Assembly: GCA_051251855.1 (NCBI GenBank)
Contig: JBPOGI010000007.1
Location: forward strand, 1 to 64,000
DNA from: Roseibacillus sp.
GTDB taxonomy: Bacteria; Verrucomicrobiota; Verrucomicrobiia; Verrucomicrobiales; Akkermansiaceae
DNA: 64,000 nucleotides
Direction: 5' to 3'
Shown one piece after another: positions 56,450-64,000 of the stretch. The notes below the pieces were generated by a model, which saw only the letters and a list, made by a program, of their open reading frames with translations, ran no database searches and was not told the DNA's origin. Each line of letters opens with the position of its first letter. The stretch's first letter is position 1. The position numbers and the translations under genes are program-made.

Positions 56450-57658
56450 ATGACTCATCTGCGCTCGCTCGCATCTCTTTTGGTAGGGTTCTTATGGGTA
56501 AGCATCCTTCCAATAGCGCAAGGTCATATCATTGATCAGGTCTACGCAGAGCTGAGAACCCAAGGAACAGGCTTCGAAGTCAAAATGGTGATCGACGCCG
56601 GCTATTGCCTTCCTGAATACCGAGGGGACAAGAACGAAAAAGCTCCAGACTCGGCTTGGATTAATGGACTCGACGAAGAAGAGCACGCCAGACTCAGAAG
56701 AGAGGCCGAGAGCTATCTCCGCAAGACGCTCACCTTCTTTCAAAACTCGGAAGAGGTCGCCTACGAGATTACCTTCGAAGACTACGCACAGGAGCCTTAC
56801 AAATTCTATGAATCCATGTTCGGCGCCCCCACACTTCGATTGAATCTGAAGGCTGAATTTCTTCCTGCAGGTGGTGAGCTGCGAGCAAGTTGGCAAGATC
56901 CCTACGAAGCTATCCTTCTCTTCGTCGTGAAGATAAGAACAGAAGAACGAAGAGAAAACATCTCCATCCCCATAGAACCTAAAACGGAAAAGAAGCTGGG
57001 AATTCATGTGGAGCCCTTCCTTGCCCCCGATAATTCGTCCTCGGAAGTGTTAGAAGGCCGAGCAACCAATCCCCTTTCGAAGCGTACGGTCACCACGACC
57101 TCGAAGCCTCTCGGCTGGCTGGACTTCGTGAAGCTCGGCTTTCGCCATGTCATCCCGCAAGGTCTGGATCATATTTTGTTTGTTGTCGGGCTTTTTCTCT
57201 TCAGTCCTAAGTGGCGCCCTCTCCTCCATCAATCTTTAGCCTTCACGGTAGCCCACTCGGTGACCCTTGCCCTCTCGCTTACCGGCCTCGTTGGTTTCTC
57301 AGGCAAGTGGGTCGAAGCCTTGATAGCCTTGTCGATCGTTTATGTGGCGGTCGAAAATCTGCGGACTCAAGAAGAGGAGAAAGTCGAGTGGCCGCGATTG
57401 TTTCTCATCTTTGGCTTTGGGCTCCTCCATGGTCTCGGTTTTGGAGCCATGCTGCGTTTCTTCATGCCCAGCCAAGACGTGATCGCCCCCGTCATTGGAT
57501 TCAACGTCGGAGTTGAATTGGGCCAAATTGCCGTCCTGGCCGTCTGTTTTCTCCTCTTCGGGTGGTTTACCAAGCAATTCAAGTGGATCCGCATTCCAGG
57601 CTCTGTCGTGATCGGCTTAGCTGGACTGATATGGTTCTTTGAACGTGCCTTAGCATGA
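56450..57658 (+). CDS. HupE/UreJ family membrane protein with N-terminal periplasmic domain
   Basis: G..H...GLDHILF, AFTVAHSVTL, FGLLHGLGF and FNVGVELGQ motifs. Confidence 0.88.
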   Translation: MTHLRSLASLLVGFLWVSILPIAQGHIIDQVYAELRTQGTGFEVKMVIDAGYCLPEYRGDKNEKAPDSAWINGLDEEEHARLRREAESYLRKTLTFFQNSEEVAYEITFEDYAQEPYKFYESMFGAPTLRLNLKAEFLPAGGELRASWQDPYEAILLFVVKIRTEERRENISIPIEPKTEKKLGIHVEPFLAPDNSSSEVLEGRATNPLSKRTVTTTSKPLGWLDFVKLGFRHVIPQGLDHILFVVGLFLFSPKWRPLLHQSLAFTVAHSVTLALSLTGLVGFSGKWVEALIALSIVYVAVENLRTQEEEKVEWPRLFLIFGFGLLHGLGFGAMLRFFMPSQDVIAPVIGFNVGVELGQIAVLAVCFLLFGWFTKQFKWIRIPGSVVIGLAGLIWFFERALA

Positions 57659-57746
57659 CCACGCAAGATTCTTGAAAATGCTAAAGTCCGGATAGACGCT
57701 CTAAAACCGAATCTGTTGCTCTCTCTATCAGTGTCCACCTTTCTCC

Positions 57747-60575
57747 CTAAGGAAAAGTCTGTCCGGCGGGAACGAGAATGTAGAAACGCTTTGCGTCCGC
57801 CACATCATCTTCCACAAACGGAGAAGCGGAAACATCTTCCGCAATCGGAGTTCCGAAATTCACGAGGTCTGAAGAGGCATAGACATCAACATCTCCTGAC
57901 GAAGCGAATGAAACGCTGAACATCAATCCAGAATTCGTTCCAGGGGCGCTGCTACAATCAGTGATGACGATACCATCTGTGGCGCGAGGTGGCTCGACGG
58001 CATTGGGGTCAATCACGATGCTCCCCTCATCTTCTTGGGTGTCTACTGTGACATTTCCGGAGAGAGTTAGAACACCCGCTCCCTTTTTCAAAAGAGTGTA
58101 GGGTCCGACAAAGTCGCCTGAAATCACGACATCTTCCCCATTGGTATCAATCACTAGGAAGGAAGTTCCACCACCATCCCAAACGACGTCAGAAGAAATC
58201 GCAGCAAAGTCATCACCTGTCGCGTTGGAAGGTCCCGCAATCGCGCCAAAGCCTGCATTCGCGGAAACGCTTACGAGTGTGAGATCGGGAGTAATGGAAG
58301 CAAGACCATCAATAATGAGGCAACCTTCAGAAACCACAGTAGGCCCATAACTTTCAGGCGCGGTGCCAGCGACTCCAGCCGTGCCAGAGAAACGAAGAAC
58401 TCCCCCTCCCGTTTTGGTAACGGTCTTGGTTGCTGCTCCTTGGTTAACAAGGTCTGCAGAAACAAGAAGGTCAGTGGCTGCGGCTCCATCCTCGACATCA
58501 AAGGTAAAACTCGAACGAATGGTGACGCGACCAGCAATCGTGGACGAATCAGCGCTTGCCTCACTATTGACCGCGGTGCCAATCGCGAATGCAAATTGAC
58601 CAGCTCCACTGGTTTGAATGGTGCTGCCTCGAAGATTGTATTCAATGGCAAATCCATTGTCCCCTCCCGCAAGGTGGTCCACCACTCCGCCATCAAAGAC
58701 GTTCAGCACATCAACCCTCCGGGCCGCATTAAATCCTAGCGCATTTCCGACATTCAAATTGAGAACGCCAGGCCCCGTCACGGTCACCTCTCCCACCAGC
58801 GTGGGAATTGGACCCGCTCCTTGGGCTAACTCAAGCACCCCATCATTAACAAAGGTTCCACCGGTAAAAGTATTGCCCGCTTCAAGAATGACGGTCCCCT
58901 CTCCATTTTTAATCAAACTGGTGGAGCCAACGATACCCGCATCAACGTTAGGAACGAGGGTGTAGTCATTCCCAAGACTGTTGTTAAAAGTGACTGCAGC
59001 TGGCTCAAGTGGCCCAACAAAGTTGTCCAGGGTGACGATTCCTGCCGCCGTATCGGTAAAGGTCACGCTATCATCAGCGAAGAAAAAATCATTGCTACCG
59101 GCATTGTCCCAATTCTGATCCGCCGCAAAGTCATCGCCTACAGACCAGAAGCCGCTACTTCCAAAATTGCTCCATACTAAATCAGCTGCGGCAGCATCTT
59201 GAATCACGAGAGCTGAGCCAGTATCAACTACTTGACCGCGTCCCGTATAGACAAGGTCACTCAAATCTCCCAAGACACTTCCGGTGTAAGTTAAGAGGGT
59301 CAAATCCCCAGTAGGCGTTTCATTCAGATTCAACTCTATCGGCCCCGAAATAATGACATCACCAGAAACCGAAAGAGCACCAGCTGTGACAGTATCGATA
59401 CTAAGCGTCGCATCCGATTCGAGAATCAGATCACCAGTAATCGAACCTTCCCCCGCCAAGGTGCTTTCAACGGTAACTGTTGAACCAAAATCAGACTGCA
59501 AATCAACGGTCCCAGTCGTTATCGTGAGACCGCCGGTAGCACCACCATTGCTTCCGCTCAAGGTCAAGGTTGCGCTCCCTGATTTATTGAGGGGTGCGAT
59601 ACCTACCAAATCCGACGAAATAGTCGCGTCGGCACTCGTCAAAATCTCAGGCGAACTTCCACCCATTGTCAGCGTATCCCCGGCGATTTCGTACCCAGCG
59701 ATTTCGTACGTCAGCGCGTTCGCGGTCACCGGTTCTGCAAGAGTCACTGTTCCCGAGGCACTACCACCAAAGACTGCGCTAGCACCATTCACCCATAGAG
59801 AATCGGCTCCACCTGCGCTGGCATCATCCCAATTGTTAGTGGTTGCTAAATCCCAGCTTCCACTGCCACCGTTGGCATCACTGTCGATATCTGTTCCATC
59901 CCAAAAGAGACTTTGCTCGGCAGTTGTGGACAAGGTGAAGGTCGCCGAAAGGTTATCGACCCCAAAACCATTTCCGCCGTCGGAGATGACTTTGAAGTCC
60001 GGCTGTGGGCTAACAAAGTCGTAAGGATCGTTAGGACCGCCATCGGGGCTTGAGGTAATGCTAATCGGGTTATCATCAATAGTGGTCAAATTGACGGTAT
60101 CCCCACCACCCGGAAAACGGCTGAAGAATCCAGTGAAACCAGAAGAAACAATGACCAGCGACTCACTCGTAGCATCTCCAAAAATAGTCGTTGCTGTTAG
60201 ATTGCTAAAGGTCACTCCCTCGTCTAAGTCGATTTCATTATCGGCAGGATCAGCTGCCCCGTCGACGCCGTATGAATACGCAGCACCAGCCAAAGGGGCT
60301 AGATTGCCATTGATCGAGGTCACGTCGTAGGAAAAGGTCACCTCATCGTTCGCGGTCCCATCCTCAGCAATGTCCAATCCGCTGACCGTGAAAGTATGGG
60401 TCGCGCTCGCCGTCGTTCCGTCTGCCGGAGCAACTACCGCCCCGACTGTGCCAACACTAGAGGTAAAAGCCGCGTTCAGGTCCAGTCCGCTAAGATTGAC
60501 GACCTCTGTTGCGAGCGCCGTGTTTGTAAACACCGGAACAGCCAGTGACAGTAAGAGAGATTTGTTTGGTTTCAT
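57747..60575 (-). CDS. Secreted adhesin-like protein with autotransporter-associated beta-strand repeats
   Basis: Signal peptide; K.G.G(T/V)L.L.G.N..TGG repeats; shared N-terminal domain. Confidence 0.85.
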   Translation of the reverse strand: MKPNKSLLLSLAVPVFTNTALATEVVNLSGLDLNAAFTSSVGTVGAVVAPADGTTASATHTFTVSGLDIAEDGTANDEVTFSYDVTSINGNLAPLAGAAYSYGVDGAADPADNEIDLDEGVTFSNLTATTIFGDATSESLVIVSSGFTGFFSRFPGGGDTVNLTTIDDNPISITSSPDGGPNDPYDFVSPQPDFKVISDGGNGFGVDNLSATFTLSTTAEQSLFWDGTDIDSDANGGSGSWDLATTNNWDDASAGGADSLWVNGASAVFGGSASGTVTLAEPVTANALTYEIAGYEIAGDTLTMGGSSPEILTSADATISSDLVGIAPLNKSGSATLTLSGSNGGATGGLTITTGTVDLQSDFGSTVTVESTLAGEGSITGDLILESDATLSIDTVTAGALSVSGDVIISGPIELNLNETPTGDLTLLTYTGSVLGDLSDLVYTGRGQVVDTGSALVIQDAAAADLVWSNFGSSGFWSVGDDFAADQNWDNAGSNDFFFADDSVTFTDTAAGIVTLDNFVGPLEPAAVTFNNSLGNDYTLVPNVDAGIVGSTSLIKNGEGTVILEAGNTFTGGTFVNDGVLELAQGAGPIPTLVGEVTVTGPGVLNLNVGNALGFNAARRVDVLNVFDGGVVDHLAGGDNGFAIEYNLRGSTIQTSGAGQFAFAIGTAVNSEASADSSTIAGRVTIRSSFTFDVEDGAAATDLLVSADLVNQGAATKTVTKTGGGVLRFSGTAGVAGTAPESYGPTVVSEGCLIIDGLASITPDLTLVSVSANAGFGAIAGPSNATGDDFAAISSDVVWDGGGTSFLVIDTNGEDVVISGDFVGPYTLLKKGAGVLTLSGNVTVDTQEDEGSIVIDPNAVEPPRATDGIVITDCSSAPGTNSGLMFSVSFASSGDVDVYASSDLVNFGTPIAEDVSASPFVEDDVADAKRFYILVPAGQTFP

Positions 60576-60797
60576 TTTTTAGTTTTTTTAGTTTGTTCGA
60601 CGGTCGGGAAAAGGGTTCAGCTCCGAGAAGGAGGGCAAATTTCGCAAAGCATTGGTCCAGTGGATTTTGCAGCGATAGAAAAACTATGAATCCATTTTCA
60701 CCTCAATAGACTTGAGAAAAATGAGCCGAACACCGAAATGAACCTCTCATACAGTTCTCAGGAGACGCTGCTTTCCCGCCCATCAACGCCCCCCACG

Positions 60798-60830
60798 AAA
60801 AGGCTGTTCCTTGCGAAAGGAACGACTTTT
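60798..60830 (-). terminator. Probable terminator hairpin after the PEP-CTERM gene
   Basis: aaaag..gttcctt-gcga-aaggaac..ctttt. Confidence 0.55.
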
Positions 60831-60844
60831 GAAAAGGCAGTCTT

Positions 60845-61579
60845 CTATTTACGGCGACGAAGCAGACCGAGGAGGCCAAGACCGCCTAAAAGTGCTGCAG
60901 ATGGCTCAGGGATTGGAGTTGCCGTGAGCTGAAAATCGAGATGGCCCAGGTAATAACCATTTCCGGCAGTAGGGTCGCTATCTACGGAAAATGAGGGAGC
61001 TAAAGCATCAAAGTTACTGGTGGCGTTTCCTCCGTTGCCATGCAAAATAGCCCCTCCCTTGGGAGTGTTTCCGTTGGTTCCAGGCGCGATCGTGGCACCG
61101 GTAATTGTGGGAACATCGCCCCCTCCAGTATACCAACTTGAAAGCCCGGTGAAGCCATCGAAGGTGATTGTGGCCGCTCCAGGAGCATCGCCAAAAGCAA
61201 CAGCAAAAGAATCAAGGGCGAACGAAAGCCCCTCGCCTGGGTCAATCTCAGCATCGACCCAGCCAGTAACTCCCCATTCCCCGCCAGCAGCATTGATGTC
61301 GTCGATCACGTTTCCACCCGTAGCAGAGATGAGGATGGAGACAGTAAGAGTATCATTGGCGCTCATGTCCTCAGCCAAGTCCAAGCCGGAGATTTGATAG
61401 GTCACTAACTGAGTCGTCGATTGCGCTCCAGCGGTAGTCGCGCCTGCAGTTCCCACGGAAGTGGCAAAAGAATCAGTACCTGCGTCTGTTACGGCCACAA
61501 CAGTAACCGCATTCGCCTGCATACAAGGAAGGCACGCCACGGCAGCTAGAATAAAGAAAGGGTTTGGTTTAGCTTTCAT
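60845..61579 (-). CDS. PEP-CTERM protein consisting of the shared unrecognised domain
   Basis: Signal peptide; C-terminal IPEPSAALLGGLGLLGLLRRRK. Confidence 0.9.
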   Translation of the reverse strand: MKAKPNPFFILAAVACLPCMQANAVTVVAVTDAGTDSFATSVGTAGATTAGAQSTTQLVTYQISGLDLAEDMSANDTLTVSILISATGGNVIDDINAAGGEWGVTGWVDAEIDPGEGLSFALDSFAVAFGDAPGAATITFDGFTGLSSWYTGGGDVPTITGATIAPGTNGNTPKGGAILHGNGGNATSNFDALAPSFSVDSDPTAGNGYYLGHLDFQLTATPIPEPSAALLGGLGLLGLLRRRK

Positions 61580-61733
61580 AGATTTTTTTAGTGGAAGTTG
61601 AGTTTTGAATTTTATTTGAAGGAAGAGAGCCAGACCCTTCCATTTAATAGAACGAGAGCGATCTGATAAACTTTAACGCGTTTATGGAATTTTTTCTATT
61701 CATCAAAGATTGATTATTTATCACACCCAAGAG

Positions 61734-63770
61734 CTATTTCTCCACAAGCTCCACCGCAGAAGAAAGACTCTCCGAGAGAACCGTGGTCACCTGCTCGGAA
61801 GTCACAATCACCCTTCGCAGACTCCTCATTTCCTGCAAGGGTTCAAGCGATTGAATCTTCGTGTTTCGAATATCAATCTCTCTTAAACGAAGTCCCTGAA
61901 GGTCACTCAAATTAGTAATCCTCGTCCCACTGAGATCCAGCCGCTCAAGATCCAAAAAACGCAGGAGGCTACGAGATGTTGGCGACCGCACTAATCGACC
62001 CAACCCTGGCCCACCTATCTTCAAAGCACGGGCTTCCGGTTGATAGTGAAACTGCTTTGAGTCCCAATCGGGATTCGCGACCGCGAGGACTTCTCGCACG
62101 CAAGCCGCTCTCGTCGAGTTCGACCTTTCATTCCGAGCATCATATTCCAGCATTTTTTCCGCCAGAGCAGAACGACTCCGTAGGTCGGGAGAATTCAGCT
62201 CCTGCAATAACTCTAGAAAGTCATCGTCAGAAAGGCTCTCACGTTGGTGCTTTTTAAGCGCATACTTGCGAGCAAGAGGAACAAGATCCGGGAAGACATA
62301 CTTACCCTCTTCCGTAATTCCGACTGCTTTCTCAAATTGCTGAGTGAGAAAATACATCCAGAATTTCTGATTCCAAATGTAGTGTCCAGGGGGCGGATTC
62401 TCCTCCGTAACAGCCTCAAGCCCCTTCAGATTAGAATCGAGGAAATCGGCGAAGCTGAAATCTCTCTTAAAAAAAAGATCGACGAGTTGGGATGAAGCCG
62501 TCCACGACAAGCGCGCTTCCCGTTGCAAACGAGCTTCCGAAACTTCCTTCTCCTCCTGTAACTCCTCAAGCGCTTTCAGCGTCCGAATCTTTGCTCGCTC
62601 TTCATCCGCCTGTGCGATCGTCGCTTGGCTCATGGCTTTCTCAGCCGCGTCCCGTGCTCGATTCGCCTCGTTTCGGCTGCTCTGTAGATTGGCAATGAAG
62701 AGGCTCGTGGCGGCAAACAAGATGAGCAACGAACCCAAGATAATATTCGAGACCTGACGGTTCCGCCGGTAAAACAGAGCGATTTCTCTTCGCGCCGTTT
62801 TCTTCTCTACGGAAGTTCGAAACCCTCCCAGATAGCGCTCCAAATCAAGCTGCATTTCCTCCACGGTCCGGTAACGCATCTCAGGCTCATTGGCCTTGGC
62901 CTTGCTCACGATAGCTTCCAAACCAGCATCTGCTTCCTGCTCTTCCTCCCCCACGGAGCCAGCAGATGCCGGAACGAGCAATTCCTCCATGATACAGCCC
63001 AGCGCGTAGATGTCCATTTGAGGGGTTTTGAGAACCCTCGGGTCAAAGAGCTCGGGAGCCATGTAGTTAGTCGTGCCCTTCACCGCCTGTTGCATGGAGC
63101 CATAGAGATCAGGATCCAGTAGAACGTCCGAGGTCTTGTCCTCTTCTGTTTGCACGACCACGCCTAGACCCCAATCGCAAATTTGAACCTCTCCAAAAGC
63201 TCCCACTTGAATATTGGCTGGCTTGAGGTCGAGATGAAGAACCCGCCGCGAATGCGCGTAAGAAACACCCTCAAAAATTTTCTGTAGAATACCCAACCGG
63301 CGAAGCAGAGGCCAATCCTCCTCCCCTCTTGCTTCTCGAAAATCAGCAAGAAGCGCCTTGAGTGAGCGGCCACGCTTAAACTCCATCGTAAAGAAGGGAC
63401 GCTCCTTCTCATCCACCCCCATCCCAAAAAGGTTGATAATGCAAGGGTGCTCCAAACGAGCTGTAATATGAGCCTCGCGCAGGAAAGAGTCGTAAAAATC
63501 TCTCCCCAACTTTTGCAAAGGTTTGGCCAAGGCCACTTGACGAGAAGTCCTGCGATCATACACCAAGTAGACTTCTTTCATTCCGCCCGTTGCGATCAGC
63601 TTTTTTTCGACATAGCGATCGTCTTCAGCTCTGAGAGAATCATAAAGAGGGGTTTGCAAATCCACCTCCTCCTCGCTCAGGCTCATCGGATCACCCTCCT
63701 CATAGAGCGAGTCCGCGAAAGACTCTAATCCGGAGAGGCTAGCCTTCTTCTTTTCCTCACTTTTGATCAT
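61734..63770 (-). CDS. Membrane Ser/Thr kinase with C-terminal leucine-rich repeats
   Basis: GGMKEV, HLDLKPAN, DWG and GT..YMAPE motifs; TM; LERLDLSGTRITNLSDL LRRs. Confidence 0.9.
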   Translation of the reverse strand: MIKSEEKKKASLSGLESFADSLYEEGDPMSLSEEEVDLQTPLYDSLRAEDDRYVEKKLIATGGMKEVYLVYDRRTSRQVALAKPLQKLGRDFYDSFLREAHITARLEHPCIINLFGMGVDEKERPFFTMEFKRGRSLKALLADFREARGEEDWPLLRRLGILQKIFEGVSYAHSRRVLHLDLKPANIQVGAFGEVQICDWGLGVVVQTEEDKTSDVLLDPDLYGSMQQAVKGTTNYMAPELFDPRVLKTPQMDIYALGCIMEELLVPASAGSVGEEEQEADAGLEAIVSKAKANEPEMRYRTVEEMQLDLERYLGGFRTSVEKKTARREIALFYRRNRQVSNIILGSLLILFAATSLFIANLQSSRNEANRARDAAEKAMSQATIAQADEERAKIRTLKALEELQEEKEVSEARLQREARLSWTASSQLVDLFFKRDFSFADFLDSNLKGLEAVTEENPPPGHYIWNQKFWMYFLTQQFEKAVGITEEGKYVFPDLVPLARKYALKKHQRESLSDDDFLELLQELNSPDLRSRSALAEKMLEYDARNERSNSTRAACVREVLAVANPDWDSKQFHYQPEARALKIGGPGLGRLVRSPTSRSLLRFLDLERLDLSGTRITNLSDLQGLRLREIDIRNTKIQSLEPLQEMRSLRRVIVTSEQVTTVLSESLSSAVELVEK

Positions 63771-63999
63771 AGAGGCTTTCCTGTTCGAGTCTGATTTGAG
63801 CAATCTCTTGCTGCACCCGTTTTTTCACGCGGCTCTTGAGGACATAAACACTCTGTGATCGAATCGACAATCTCTCCCCGACTTCTTCCGCAGAGACCCC
63901 TTCGAGAGACAATCGGAGAACCTCGAATGCATTGCTCGAAAATACCGGCTTGAGTCGCTCCAAAGCTGTCGCAACCACATGGCGCTGCCATTCTCGCTC
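63757..63999 (-). CDS. ECF sigma factor, C-terminal part (truncated by the window edge)
   Basis: EREWQRH...ALERLK...AEEVGERL.I...SVYVLKSRVKKR region 4; overlaps the kinase start. Confidence 0.82.
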   Translation of the reverse strand, partial: EREWQRHVVATALERLKPVFSSNAFEVLRLSLEGVSAEEVGERLSIRSQSVYVLKSRVKKRVQQEIAQIRLEQESLYDQK

Positions 64000-64000
64000 A

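Noticed and set aside
61645..61675. gatcgctctc shared between the PEP-CTERM upstream region (- strand) and 2705-2714
   Set aside because: Spacing to the CTA element differs and it is absent upstream of the other cluster genes; may be chance

Overview
Bacterial chromosomal window, most likely Verrucomicrobiota. This is inferred from PEP-CTERM proteins, sulfatases, ECF sigma/Ser-Thr kinase pairs, a DUF1080 protein and a recurrent C-terminal 'S.DL..W...F.RL' module. The core section carries zwf-opcA, cmoA/cmoB, murA, accD, lpxB, hemC, rsfS, tRNA-Ala(GGC) and two bactofilins. Main observations: (1) the end of an integron-like cassette array with attC-like repeats at 79-1404; (2) a likely selenoprotein (thioredoxin UxxC motif plus SECIS-like hairpin) split into two ORFs at 42056-42763; (3) a cluster at 52460-64000 where an M60 peptidase, an adhesin-like protein and a PEP-CTERM protein share a ~190-aa N-terminal domain I do not recognise, next to an ECF sigma/LRR-kinase pair; (4) a repeated candidate ECF promoter, GAAATCC-N13-GWCTAGAGA, upstream of the first kinase gene and an 11-repeat Ig-like surface protein; (5) a PRMT-like methyltransferase between cmoA and cmoB; (6) a zinc-ribbon bactofilin that appears to start at CTG. 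All calls come from manual motif recognition; no database searches were run.
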